Shown one piece after another: positions 11,985 to 26,964 of a DNA stretch of 64,000 bases. The translations under genes and the position numbers were made by a program. Every line of letters begins with the position of its first letter. Position 1 is the first letter of the stretch. The notes below the pieces were generated by a model, which was given only the letters and a program-made list of their open reading frames with translations, did not search any database and was not told the DNA's origin. The stretch is taken from NCBI RefSeq assembly GCF_009914755.1, contig NC_060944.1. One strand, written 5' to 3'. The DNA is from the human T2T-CHM13v2.0 reference genome, Homo sapiens.

Positions 11985-13330
11985 TATGGTGCCTTAGGCT
12001 GGACTCCTTTAGTGGTAAGTGACAGAATATCTTAGTTTGGGCTGGTTTAAGCGAAAATGGGAATTTTTTAGCTTGTGCAATTAAATAGTCTAGGAGTGGC
12101 ACTGGTGAGGTAGAGCGTGCTAATGGACCTGCCCATTATGGATTCATTTTGTTCTTTCAGTAACAGACCATGCCCAGATGAAAACTTCATTCTCCATTTT
12201 CCTGTGGAGCCAGCTGTGGCCATGTGACAAAACACTGGTCCACGCGATGCAAGAAAAAGAGATGTTTGACACATCTGGATCATATTTTTATTAGAAGGTT
12301 ATTTTCCCTCCATGTTTTCTTCCCACTTCCTGGGAAATGAGAGGGTGTTGCTTTGTTTTCATGCTACTAATAAAGACATACCTGAGACTGGATAATTTAT
12401 AAAGGAAAGAGGTTTAATAGACTCACAGTTCCACATGTCTGGGGAGGCCTCACAGTCATGGCAGAAGACAAAGGAGAAACTAAGTTATGTCTTACATGGC
12501 AGCAGGCAAGAGAGCTTGTGTAGGGGAACTCCTGCCTTTACAAAACCATCAGATCTCATGAAACTTACTTGCTACCACAAGAATAGAATGGGGGAAACCA
12601 CTGCCACGATTCAATTATCTCCACCTTGCCCCACCCTTGACACGTGGGGATTATTATAATTCAAGGTGAGATTTGGGTAGGGACACAGAAAAACTGTATC
12701 AGACAATGACTAGACTCAAGGATGAAAAACCGTGTCCTGAGGTGCCAGAGTTGAACCACAAGCTTGGATCCCTGGGCATCCTTATAGGACTAAGTGTCCT
12801 ACTTGCCCAGGATAAACTGTTACATGAAAAATAAATAAACTTTTATGCATCTTAAATCATTATATTTTGGGGTCTAATTGTTACAAAATCTTCAAATCTA
12901 CTTAAATAACTTCCTGGGGTGCTGGAAGAGGGGTTCAAATCAGATCGTCGGGATCTGGTTTGCTTCTCTTTATGTCTTGGTTCTGCTCCTTTAGCGTGGC
13001 CTTCACTCTTCGATAAGCCCTCCCCTGGGGTTTCACCATTTGTGCCAGCAGCTCCTGGGCCTCTTCCATCCAGATTCCATTTCAGCTGGAGTGTGAGTCT
13101 TCCTCCCAGTATTCAGTAAAAGTAACCCAATTCATTATTAATTGGCCAGCTTAGGTCATGTGCCCATATCTGAACCAATCACCAACCACTAGTTGTCCAA
13201 AGAAAGGCCATGGACAGGGCTGCACACGTGAGCTGGAAACAGGGGTGAGTACACTCAGTGAAAATGGTGACTACTATGGGAAGAACAAACTCTGGATGCT
13301 GAGGAAACAAACAGAAATGCATACTACAAA
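11985..13330. mobile_element. Old MLT1-like LTR containing an LTR33-like LTR that itself contains a THE1
   Basis: aagtgacagaa..tttaagcgaaaa and attggccagcttaggtcatgtgcccat..aaccaatcac flank gctgtggccatgtgac (LTR33-like). Confidence 0.4.
12346..12701 (-). mobile_element. THE1C/D-like solo LTR
   Basis: taaagacatacctgagactgg, gactcacagttccacatg, aattcaaggtgagatttgggt. Confidence 0.85.
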
Positions 13331-13548
13331 TAAGAAGCTCTAAATATTCAAAAATTGAGTTCAAAACACGGAACGAAATAGTATTTTTTCTTGTCAGACA
13401 TTTCCAGTAAAACTAAATCATGTGTGATAGTATATTTGTTCGGCAGCATATGGTTAGGCAAGTTGTGCACTGTAGAACTCTATAAGCACCCCTTACATTG
13501 CCTACCTCTGTGAATGGTTCTTTTCCATTTCTTTTTCTTTTTTTAATG

Positions 13549-13851
<303 letters not shown>

Positions 13852-14869
13852 TCTTTGCTCTTGCTGCCAGGGCTTGTATTGCACAATTTGGACAAGTGTA
13901 AATGTCCTATGAATAGTATATCACAGTCTGTACGTTTTGCATGTATGTCAATTGGATTTCACCAAACAAAACCATATATTGGATTCAGTCTTGCAATTTA
14001 AAAAAGAAATCATTTGTTCCTTCACGTCTAGTTTGATATTTTCTGGTTTGATTCTAGTTTCCTCAGCTCCAGTTAAATTATCTATGGATGTTGATTATAG
14101 TCAGCATTAACTATCAAGGGATGGATTTCTCGCCTTCAGTTTTTGTCAGTAATTATTTCCGTTATTGTGGGCCCTTCATTTCAAGCTCCTTATGCCTTAA
14201 TTTCTTCATTTTTTGTTTCTATAATACTGTGGACTTGGTCTATAAATGATGTGTTAGATAAATGCCTTCCATGAACACCTCTATTTTACAGCAACCATGG
14301 GCAGCATTTTTTTTTTTAAGTTCCAATCCTTCAAAAGGAGCTCTCCAAATGATTTTACCATTTCATCTCTTTTGGTGAGAGATTTAAAATTAAAACATCA
14401 TTTTCCATAGAATGGCAACATGAAGACAGATGGTTTACTATGTAGCAAAAATAGTTCTCCCTGCCAGAATATCTCCTTTTTGATTGTCCCCATTTAGTCT
14501 CGGTTCTCCTATGACACATTCTTGGAGGTTTCTGTTCTTTAACTGAAACTCATCAAGCCAAGGTGACTAAAAGCTAATGTTCCCAGTGAGAATGGGAAGA
14601 TTCATATCGTCTTAGAGTTGAAAGACCTGTGGATGTCATCAGGTCAAACAATCCACTACTAACTGAATCCTCTTCTCAATGGCTCTGAGCAGTGATCTCT
14701 AGCTTTAGCTTTGTCGCTTCCCAGTGAGTAAGAATTTTTGTCTAATTTCTGATGATTATCTTTGCCTTTGTGAATAGTGCAAATGATTAGAAAGATCTTC
14801 CTTGGAAATCAACTAGTAACCTCTCTTTCTGTGAGATCCTCTCTTCAGAAGAGGAATAGGAGAATGTTT

Positions 14870-15300
14870 AGGAGCAGAGCTGGGCACTACACACACCTCC
14901 CTTCAATCCTAGCTCTGATAGTGGCCAGCTGTGAGACCTTAGCAAGTCTGTAAAATGTGGATGCTGGTGCCTAATTCATTATTCCCTTAACAAGATTAGC
15001 ACAATGCCCAGCACACTGGTGCTCAATGTGTGTTAGCAATTATCAATCAAGTATGCTTTAGGGAGGTAATGCAGTCAGGGGCAGGTGAGTGTGAAATTCA
15101 GTCCCCTTCTTCATCTTATTGTATAGGCAGTATCTCATAATGGCAATGAGAGCTCTATTGCCAGGCTAAGGAGGCTTAATTAAATATGGGCCTGGTGTAT
15201 ACATTAACAGGGCACCTACCTCAAAAAGTGCAGGGGAGTTTGAATGAGTCAATCCATGCAAAAGGCTTGGAGAGTGCCTGGCACCTAGGTGGCCATCTTG
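14870..15300 (+). mobile_element. MIR fragments
   Basis: tcctagctctg..gctgtgagaccttagcaagt..tgtaaaatg; agtgcctggcac. Confidence 0.5.
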
Positions 15301-15867
15301 ATAACCACAAGGATTTACTGAGCACTTGCTCTGGGGTCAGGCTTTGGGGACAGACAGTGATGAGGCCAAGTCTCAGCCCCCTGGGAAACACATTCCGGCG
15401 GGAAAGAGGCTGAAACAGGGAAACTGTGGCAAATGATACCAGCGAGGGCTAGGTCCCTGACACAAGGAAACCCAAGGAAGCATTTGGCTTAAGCGGTGAC
15501 AATATCCCTCTCCTCAGATGCCAAGGTCAAGGCGAGCCGCGGCAACACCATCTCCCCAGACACACACGCAAAATCGGCCCTTCTCGGGGAAAGGGCAGGG
15601 GCTGAAGGGGGAGGCGGGGTGGGCGGCGGCTGGAAAAAAGTGAAATTTCCTCTCCTCCTAAAATAAGTCATTGGAGCGAGGAGAGCGAGCGCTATCTCAG
15701 TAGGCTGTGGGCGAGGTGCGGGGGTGGCGGGGGCACGCTCCGGGTCCGCCAGGAGGGGAGGGATCGGAAGGGGAAGCGGGGAGGGAAAGGTGGGTGGGAG
15801 GCGCGGGGAGCGCGTTCCAGGGCGGCTGCTCACGGGTGGCCGCAGCCCAGTGCTGGGACTCGCGCGG

Positions 15868-15929
15868 CTCCTCCTCTTAGCCCCCCACCCCTTCCTCCTC
15901 TTTCCTCCTCCTCCTTCCTCCTCCTCCTC

Positions 15930-15950
<21 letters not shown>
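15868..15950 (+). repeat. (CCT)n-rich polypyrimidine tract near the presumed TSS
   Basis: ctcctcctc/ttcctcctcc run, almost purine-free. Confidence 0.85.
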
Positions 15951-16556
<606 letters not shown>

Positions 16557-19500
16557 TGACTTGGCTTTCTGATGGTGGCCGCGTGTTGGGCTTCAGTAGC
16601 CCCTGGAGCCCATCTACTCGAAATAAATATTTCTCGGTAGCCATGGAAGTTGGAGCTGAGAAGCCCGGGCGGGGGTGCCTGCCGGATGCCCCCGGTTCCC
16701 CTCTTTTCCCACTCGCCGCCAACTTAACTTTTCCGGGGGATGGATCGGCTGGTTGAGAAAGAGGACACGCATACTCGGTGTGAACGAGGTCACGAACCCT
16801 CTGACCCCAGGGAGAGATTTCTGCCAAGCGTAAGGTGTCTTTGGATCCCCCCACCTCTGTCCCAGGTGTCGTGTAAAAGGCGGTGCGGGCTGGCCTCTGG
16901 TCGGGGCCAACTTGGGTAGATACTTGAATCTGGATTTTCCGTGGTTCGAAGCCGGGGTGGTGGATTTCTGTTGCTGGAATACACCCTGGAGGTCCACGGA
17001 AGGGTTATTTACGTGGAACCTGATACCTGGCATAGCGCAAGTGCTCCCTACATATGTCCTGAAAGGAAGAATGAATGAATCTTAGGGCACTTGGGACAGA
17101 TGTTGACACAGGCTAGCTCCTTCCTTAAAACTCCCTCTCTTTCGCCCCTTTCTCTCTTGGCTCTTCGCTGGAGGAGGCTTCAAAAGAGAACCTACCCTTC
17201 CTCTCCTTGGGACTGAATGATGGTGGAAGAATTCTTGAGGGAGAGGGAAGATACTGGAACGATTTTTTTATTTCCTAAAAATTTCAAACTAGGTCCCTCA
17301 TTTCTCTTTGCCTCCTATCAAGTGTTGTCGCTGTTTTAGTTGATCCTGTGCGTTTGGACATAAGGGGTGAAAAGTGGGGGTGGAGAGGTGGCGGGGGCGG
17401 GGGGAGAAAATATCCTTTGGTGTAATGCCTGAAATAAGTATAATGTCAGTAATCGTGTGGAATGCCGCCATTGATAATGAGTGGTAAATTGAATAGCTTT
17501 CTTTAGAAATATGTGTCATTTGGCATCTTTCTCTTACTTGGTCTTTGGACTGTTTTAATGTGCCAGATACTTTTACTGAAAACTGAAAAGAAATTTCACA
17601 GTAGTAAACTCAGCTAGGGAGGGAAGCCCTGTGGGGAGGAACATCCGCAATTATTATAAAACTCTTGCCTAATTCGTTTTGGTCTTTTTCTTTTCTTTTT
17701 CTCCCCTGCTGGTGACCATGTTTTAGCGATTATGTCCTGTGTTATTGTGAATATATACATATGTAATTAGGGAGAAATGTAACAGAATTCACCATTTCCA
17801 TCAGCTCTGCCAAAGTTTCCTTGGTTTTCTTTTCTGCTATGCAAATATTCTCATCTTCAAGAGCACCCATTGTTGGGGGTACTTTACTGAGTGACTCCCA
17901 TGTAAGGGGCAAACAATAATGGGAACTTTCTATTTTTGGTATGCTTATAGGCTGGCCAAGTGTTACAATTTTAAGGGGAGTTAAGTTAAAAAAAAAAAAA
18001 ACCCAGCATTCTAATTTAGCTTTACTCCATCATGTCAATGGAAGGAATTGGTATGAGACATCCATTCTGTGTTAGGGAGCATTCCAATGGGAAGAGGACA
18101 TGCATTATTAATGCACAAAATATGAATTATTCATAAGGATCAGAGTTTATGCCAAATTGTGACACATGGTAATTTATTTGAAAAACTGGTTACCATCACT
18201 TTCTTGTTTGTGGTAACTGAGATTATTTTTTCTAGATTATTACAATTGACACAACATAGCCCTATGTGTGTGCCAACATTTATGGACAGATATTTGAAGC
18301 AGAAGGAACAGAAATATTTAGTTTGTATTTGTTTTATGTTTTACAGCATTTTGGATGCTAATGAGCAGTATACTTTCTCAAGATTTATTCTTTTTGTCTG
18401 TGTTCACGTTCAGACTTCAGAATATCTATTGAATTATGGTTATTGCTCATGGAGAGAAAAGGTCAAAAATATGATCAAGTAAATCTGGTCTTATTTGTTA
18501 GCATTGGTTTTCTCACCAGTTAATTTTTAAAATATTCTTATGGTATGATTTACAAAAGAGGCTGATTACATAGTTGCCAGAACACAGTGCAAACCAAAGT
18601 TTTAATGGAGGCTGCAAATATTGGTGAAGGATGCTGTACGGAATTGGCATGGGGACCCTATGTCCACAGTAAGGAATGTTAGCGGTATTAATCTAGGCTA
18701 CATATAGTCTAGAACAGCATGCGACATGTATCTTCTAGGAATATGTGCCAGTCTCAAAGAGAGGTAGGGCATTTATTTTGTCTAGCACAGAGTAGACACT
18801 TGGTAAGTTCATGTTGAAATATGTGCTGAACTATATAGTGCATGGATGGTCTTGCCATTTATAACCTTTAGGAACTAATACAACAGCATTTATTAATGGA
18901 ATCCAGACCATGTTTGGGACGGTTTATAATTAAATACAAAAACATTTCATGGTAAGCAGCTGTTCCTGGTGCCAAGGAATAAATGCTTCTTCAGATTTGG
19001 AGAAAGAGGAGAAGGGAACGCATTCTGCTTCTATTGCTTGTTGACCTTTGACCTTTCTTGGCCTCAGTTTCCTAGTCTGTACAATGAACACTATTTAATG
19101 TTCTTGGGAGCATTAAAGAAGATATTTGTGAAAATGCAATGAAAGTCTAGAACATTGATTCTGCTTGTATCATTTTCTTTAATCAAAGATGAGTTAGGAT
19201 TGGTAGACGGATATAGGAATTATCTATTTCCTTCTCTTTCTATGTAGAAGTGTACAAAGGCATAAATGTTTATGCAGCTCCAGATTTTTTCAATGGATGA
19301 AACTTTTACAAATTATATACATATATGTGTATGTGTGTGTATTTTTATACATAGGAATAAATATATACATACAACCTATGTACATATTGTATAATATATA
19401 ATATACGTATATTTATATATGTGATTTTTTAACAGGACAGGAAACATTCTAAAAACATTCCCATTCAAATGGGTCACAGATAAGTGGTCACCTTCATTTG

Positions 19501-20488
19501 AAATCCTAAAGAGTTTAAATGATTAAGCAATCAAATATGTATAGATTTATTCTCTTCTTTAGACATCAAAAAGCTTAATGAAATATAATTCATTTAACTC
19601 AAAAGTTTCAGTATCTTCACATCTGTATTCCCCAGCTTAATCCCCATTGTTTCCTGGAGGTCTCCAGCTGTGCCCTGGGTACTGAATTTGTTCAGGAATG
19701 TCGACGTTACTATTTGAGGGGCTGGGGGAAGGAGGGGAGCAGCTGTCCATAATTATTTGAGTAATCGATTAAATGCACTAAAAATTTCTTTTTAGGGGAG
19801 AGGCAAATCAGGCAATTTGTACAACATTAACCTGCTGAATGTGTGACTTAGATAGCATCATATAACAATTCTCACTTCGTTTCTTTCCTTGCAATGGAGA
19901 TGATTTTCCAATCAATCATTGTCATGGCTTGCCCACAGTGCAAGTTTCAGAACGGAAACTCGGGTTTATTTATCTACGCACAATCCCTCAGTTACTTGCC
20001 TTTAAGTGACATTTCTGTGCTCTTGTCTACCAAGGACTTAGCAGCTTGGACCTCTTTTCTGACCTCCACTCATGTAAATTCTCCTGTCTATCCCACATCT
20101 CCACTTGGATGACTCACAGACCTGCTGCTCCTAGAGTCCTCTCCATCTTAGCCACTAGAGGTCCCAGCATTTTGGTTGCGAAGGTAAAAATCACAAGCGA
20201 ACCTTGGTGTCATTTCACTCTTCTCCCCTCATCTCCCACCCCTACAGGCAATCCATCAGGAGATCTTGTGGGCTGTATCTTTGAAATATATCTAGAATCC
20301 GGCTGTCACCTCACGCTATCCACTGCTACGACCCTGGTCCGAACCCTCCTCATCTCCTCCCTGTAACATTGCAACAGTCTTCTCATTTGACTTCCTGCCT
20401 ACACTCTTGCTCCCGCTAGTGCCTTCTCAATACAGTAAAGTGTTCCTTTGGAAATGTAAGAAAGGTCATGTCACCTGGCTGCTGAAGC

Positions 20489-21041
20489 TGTCAGAGGCGT
20501 GTGAACCAGAGCAACTCCATCTTGAATAGGAGCTGGGTAAAACAAGACTGAAACCTACTGGGCTACATTCCCAGACAGTTAAGGCATTCTAAGTCACAGG
20601 ATGAGATAGGAGGTCGGCACAAGATACAGGTCATAAAGACCTTGCTGATAAAACAGTTTACAGTAAAGAAGCCAGCCAAAACCCACCAAAACCAAGATGG
20701 CCATGAGAGTGACCTCTGGTTTTCCTCACTGCTACGTGGCGCTACCCCCACCAGTGCTATGACAGTTTACAGATGCCATGGCAACGTCAGGAAGTTACCC
20801 TTGGTCTGAAAAGGGGAGGCATGAATAATCCATCCCTTGTTTAGCATATCATCAAGAAATAACCATAAAAATGGGCAACCAGCAGCCCTCGGGGCTGCTC
20901 CGTCTATGGAGTAGCCATTCTTTATGCCTTTACTTTCCTAATAAACTTGCTTTCACTTTACAGACTTGCCCTGAATTCTTTGCTGTGAGAGATCCAAGAA
21001 CCCTCTCTTGGGGTCTGGATGAGAACCCCTGTCTGGTAACA
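20489..21041 (+). mobile_element. MER41A solo LTR (ERV1), full length
   Basis: tgtcagaggcgtgtgaaccagagcaactccatcttgaatagg...ctggtaaca; aaggggagg joins directly to catgaataatcc as in the A subfamily; TSD aagc/aaac. Confidence 0.88.
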
Positions 21042-21242
21042 AAACCATTGGTGACTTTCCATATACTGCAGAGAAGTCTTACAATGGGCCATGAGGCCCT
21101 ATGCTGCCCCAGAACCCTCTCGTTCACTGTTTTCTCTGCTTGGAATATGCTGTTTCCCCAGTTACCTCCTCCTGGCTTGCTCTCTCACCTCCTTCAGCCT
21201 TTTCTCAGCTCCTACCCTCTCAATGAGGCCTTTAAGGCCTCC

Positions 21243-21479
21243 ATCTATCTATCTATCTATCTATCAATCATCTATCATCTATCTATCTATCATCTATCTA
21301 TCATCTATCATCTATCTATCTATCATCTATCATCTATCTATCTATCTATCATCTATCATCTATCTATCTATCATCTATCTATCATCTATCTATCATCTGT
21401 CTATCATCTATCTATCATCTATCTATCTATCATCTACCATCTATCTATCTATCATCTATCTATCTATCATGTATCTATC

Positions 21480-21520
<41 letters not shown>
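21243..21520. repeat. Long compound (TCTA)n/(TCA) tetranucleotide microsatellite
   Basis: ~280 bp of TCTA units punctuated by TCA. Confidence 0.97.
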
Positions 21521-21521
<1 letters not shown>

Positions 21522-21522
21522 A

Positions 21523-21872
<350 letters not shown>

Positions 21873-22064
21873 TAGACTTATTACCCTCTCCTTCATTTAT
21901 CTTTGTATTGCCTATGTACTGCCAAGGACATGTGAAGCTACATGAGGGCTGGGACTTGTTTCTCTCTTCTTTAATCATAGCTGTCCCCCAGTGCCTAGTG
22001 CAGGGCCCAGCACAGAGTGGGCATTTGATGAAGATTTGTGGAATAAATTAATGACCCCATCACT

Positions 22065-22280
22065 GTGTTGTGGCTTAAGAGCATAGGCTCTGACATGTGA
22101 CTGCGTTAAAATCCCAACTCACTGGCTGGTTATGTGACTTCTGGTGAGTTATTTAATATTTATAAGCCTCCATCTTCTGTAAAAATATGGAGACTCTTAC
22201 TACTCACCTAATAGATGATGATCATAAAGAGCTTAACACAGTGCTTGACACAGTAAAAACCCAATTAATGTTTATTAGGG
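22065..22280 (+). mobile_element. MIR
   Basis: gtggcttaagagcataggctctg..tatgtgacttctggtgagttatttaa..ctgtaaaa. Confidence 0.65.
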
Positions 22281-22839
22281 CTCTCACTCCTACTTCCAGT
22301 GTGGTTAGAGACAATGACACTTAACTGGTTATTATTTCACTGTTTCTACTGCAATTGTTCATATCCTCAAAGAACTTGTTTTTTAGTTAGGAAAACAAAC
22401 TTAGTACAAGTACCAAATGTTGCTTGGCATTGATGGTTGATACAGAAGGAATTTATAAGATTTCGCCTTTATAAGATTTTTTATGATTCTACACAAATGG
22501 TAGAGATATAAAATAAGGAGAAATGCCTCTTCATGTAACTCCAATTCGAGTGAATTCACTGGACTAGGAGGTATTTTTGTTAACTTGGGGACTGTTTTCT
22601 TTTGTGGTAGAGAAGAAATTTTAAAAATTGGTCAGCTCACGGCCAGGTTTTAAAAATAAACATTTTCTAATTCTTTCATTTTATAGTTTCACCTGACCTG
22701 GTATGCCACAAACGCTTTCATGTTTCATTTGAGGATTTTAGATTTAGATGTTCAGGAATCCATGCATTTTTTATGGTACCATGACAAAGTCATAATCGTA
22801 GTATGAAAATTATACAGATAGAATAAACTCATATACTCC

Positions 22840-23136
22840 TTTTTTTTCCTTTTGAGATGGAGTCTCGCTCTGCTGCCTAGGCTGGAGTGTCCTGGTGTGA
22901 TCTCGGCTCACTTGCAGCCTCCATCTCCTGGGTTCAATCAATTCTCCTGCCTCAGCCTCTTGAGTAGCTGGGACTACAGGCACATGTCACCACAGTTGGC
23001 TAATTTTGGTATTTTTAGTAGAGACAGGGTTTCACCATGTTGGCCAGGCTGGCCTTGTATGCCTGACTTCTGGTGATCCACCCGTTTCAGCCTCCCAAAG
23101 TGCTGGGATTACAGGCGTGAGCCACCGTGCCCGGCC
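22840..23136 (-). mobile_element. AluSx-like
   Basis: Full dimer; degenerate TSD tcatat(a/g)ct. Confidence 0.92.
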
Positions 23137-24436
23137 TCATCATATGCTATTGTTATTTAAGTATATGTATGCACATGCACATATATGCACATATGAACTC
23201 ATGCAACTATTCAGTAAGATATGTGAAGTTTAGTTACTCTTTAAGAACAAGAGGCTTTGGGATAACTTTACCAGTAGGGAAATTTATGGCCAGATAGACT
23301 GCATATATATACATGCATCAGCTGGGACGACTCAGTTATTTTGGCTTCATTTGAATCAGCTTCATTGACATGGTTTCCATGTCAGAAGGGCTTTCCAGCT
23401 GGTATTTCAGTCGTCTTCATCTGATTGTCCATGTGGATGAGACGATTAATTGTGCATAAAGTCAGCCTTTACATCATCATCCCCAAAACTGATTTAAGCA
23501 GAGTGGCCAATTTAGTGACTTTGTATATAGACATAAACCAAATTAGTGATATGATTGTCCCCACATCTGCCAATGTATTTTTGAAATCATATTTATTAGA
23601 AGACTAGAAATATTTATTTTTAAAGCAGCTTTGTAATTTTTGTGGGGAATCGTTTGGTATTTTAAGAACTTAGTTTTCATTGGAATATATTTTCTTCCAT
23701 TTGTTTTATCATTCCTCAAATATTTCTTGAGTACCTATTAGTGTTAACCACCTTAAATAAGGCAGATACAATCACCATCCTCAAGGAGTTGACAATTTAA
23801 TTTTTGATTTGTATTATTAACAAGAGATTAATGTATTCACTATAGTTAAAGAGGAATTAATCTGAGTAACAGGTCAAATATTGAAGTGAAAAGATGCCTG
23901 AGGATATTTTTCTATTCTATTTTTGTGAAATGAGGAAGGGCAAATTTGATTTTTCTCTTACTCTAGGAATTTGATCCTAGTAGGGTGGAAATTAAACCTT
24001 TGGAGATTCTAAGCCTTGAAGAGATTATGGTGCGACCCCCCCGTTCCTGTGAAATTCAAAATAAAATTGTGAGTTTAGAAATGCCACATGATATATGTGA
24101 ATGTTTAAATTAAAATAGCTTCTTTCTAGAATGCAGATGGCTACATTTTGGATAAGTATTTGGAAGCTGATTTTTGCAGAGCAGTTGTGGGGGCTGCCTT
24201 TATTTCACTAGTGTTCTCACCCTCTGTTTATGCCCTGGATCCCAGAGAACAAAATTGTTAACTGGTTGTCTTGTGTTCTTAAGCCGAGTTGTTAACTAGG
24301 CTCCAGTGAGAGGATGCAGGTGACTTTTCTGAGACAATGCTTTGCAGCTTGTATGAGATTCTTAGAGAAGTCTGGTCCTCCCTGCCCCAGCCTCTCCCAC
24401 TTTCCACCTGCTATGCCTTCTTAAAGATTAAGATCA

Positions 24437-24731
<295 letters not shown>

Positions 24732-25071
24732 GTTAAGATCAATATTTCATTATTTTAATTGAAGTTTTATTTTTAGATAATTGTTATGTTCATATGTAGT
24801 TGTAAGAAATAATATGGAGAGATATTCCATGCCCTTTAACCACTTTCCCCCCAATGGTAACATCTTTCAAATTTGTAGGACAATATAACAACCAATATAT
24901 TGACAATGATACAATTAAGATATAGAACATTTCATCCCCTGGAGGATCCTTCACAGTCTTCTTATATAGCTGCCCCTCCTGCCCCTGTCCTCCATATCCC
25001 TAATCCCCTGACAACCACTAATCTGTTTTCCTTTTGTCATTTTGTCATTTCAAGAATATTATGTAAATGGA

Positions 25072-25375
25072 GTCCAGGCTTGGTGGCTTGTTCCTGTCAT
25101 CCCAGGACTTTGGGAGGCCAAGGCAGAAGGGCCACTTGAGCCCAGAAGTTTGAGACTAGTCTCAGGCAACATAGTGAGACTGTCTCTACAAAAAATAAAA
25201 ATAGAAAATTAGCCAGGTGTGGTGGTACACGCCTGTAGTGCTGGTTATTTGAGAGGTTGAAGTGGGATGATCACTTGACCCTGGGAGGTTGAGGCTGCAG
25301 TGAACTCTGATCATACTACTATACTTCAGCCTGAACGACAGAGCAAGATGAGACTCTGTCTCAGAATTTTTTAAA
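25072..25375 (+). mobile_element. AluJ
   Basis: cacttgagcccagaagtttgag and gaggctgcagtga J diagnostics. Confidence 0.88.
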
Positions 25376-25389
25376 AAGAATATTATGTA

Positions 25390-25708
25390 GGCTGGGCATG
25401 ATGGCTCACGCCTGTAATCCCAGCACTTTGGGAGGCCGAGGCGGGCAGATCACAAGGTCGGGAGTTGGTGACCAGCCTGATCAACATGGTGAAACACTGT
25501 CTCTACTAAAAATACAAAAATTAGTCGGGCATGGTGGAGAGCTACTCAGGAGGCTGAGGCAGGAGAATCACTTGAACCCGGATGGCGGAGGTTGCAGTGA
25601 GCGGCGGAGGTTGCAGTGAGCGGCGGAGGTTGCAGTGAGCTGAGATCGTGCCATTGCACTCCAGCCTGGGTGACAAGAGTAAGACTCCGTCTCAAAAAAA
25701 AAAAAAAA
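25390..25708 (+). mobile_element. AluS with an internal 19-bp triplication and a small deletion
   Basis: ggcggaggttgcagtgagc x3 at 25584-25640. Confidence 0.92.
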
Positions 25709-26896
25709 AAGAATGTAATGTAAAAGAACCATACAGTATGTAATGTTTGGGGATTGGCTTTTTTAAAACTCAATATAATCCCCTGAGATTCGTTCAGGTT
25801 GTTGTGTGTATAAGTTTGTTCTTTTTTCTTGCTGAGTAGTGTACCATGGTGTGTATGTACAATAGGTACCGTAGTTTGTTTAGACACTCACCTGTCGAAG
25901 GACATGGGTTGTTTCTGGTTTTTGGCTATCATGAATGAAGCTGATATACTCATATAAGCATTTGTGTAGAGGTTTTCACGTGAACATACGTTTTCGTGCC
26001 TCTAGGCAAATGTCCAGGAGTGCAATTGCTGGGTTGTAGAGTAGTTGTGTCTAGTTTTTAAAGAAACTGCTGAACCGTTTTCTCACAGTTGTACCATTTT
26101 ACATTCACATTAGCAATGTGTGAGTGAATCGGTTTTTCTGCATCTTTGCCAGCATTTGGTGTCATCACTGTGTTTTATCTTAGCCATTCTTCTAGATGTG
26201 TCGTGGTATCTTATTGTGGTTTTAATTTGCATTTTTGTAAAGGGTAGCAATGTTGAGCATCTTTTCATGTTCCTGTTTGCCGTCCATGTCAGTAAAATGC
26301 CTGGATTGCTTATTTTTTAACGGTTGAGTTTTGAAAGTTCTTCATATATTCTAGATATCAATCCCTTTTAGATAAGTGGTTTGCAAGTATCTTCTTTCAG
26401 TCTTGTCTTGTCAGCCTAATATCCTGAAGATGTTTCAATTTTTTTTGTAAGTTTTATAGTTTTATCTTTTATATTTAAGTCCATCACCCATTTTGAGTAA
26501 TTTTTGTATAAGGTGTGCATTTCAGGTCAAGGTTATGCCTATGGATGTACAGTTACTCCAGCACTTTTTTGAAAAGGTTGTCTTTTCTTCATTGAGCATT
26601 TTCATGTCTTCGCCTGGGTCCTCTATTCTGTTCCATTGTTCTATATGCCTTATATATGTACAGTGATATGTCTATATATGTCTATATATGTCTGTATTTG
26701 TATATATAGACATATATGTCTATATATGTCTGTATTTGTAACTATACAATAAGTCTTGAAATAGGGCACACTGATCCCTCTCAGTTTATTCTTTTTCAAA
26801 ATTGTTTTAGCTATTCTAGTTCCTTTACCTTTTAATATAAATTTTAAAATAATGTCTATAACTACTAGAAATCTTTCTGGGATACTTTCTCATTTT

Positions 26897-26928
26897 ACAC
26901 ACACACACATGCACACACACACACACAC
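26897..26928. repeat. Interrupted (CA)n microsatellite
   Basis: acacacacacacatgcacacacacacacacac. Confidence 0.9.
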
Positions 26929-26964
26929 GATTTAATTGGTGCATTAGTTTATTTTTGTGGTGGA

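Larger units (their letters stand above)
24755..26890 (-). mobile_element. L1MC-type 3' region and ORF2 remnant, interrupted by two Alus
   Basis: cccccaatggtaacatct, ggagtgcaattgctgggt, gtaccattttacattc, gtggttttaatttgcattt. Confidence 0.8.

Noticed and set aside
25584-25640. Short direct-repeat arrays as CRISPR-like structures
   Set aside because: No spacers, Alu-derived and in a eukaryotic context; no CRISPR, tRNA or rRNA genes were recognised in the window
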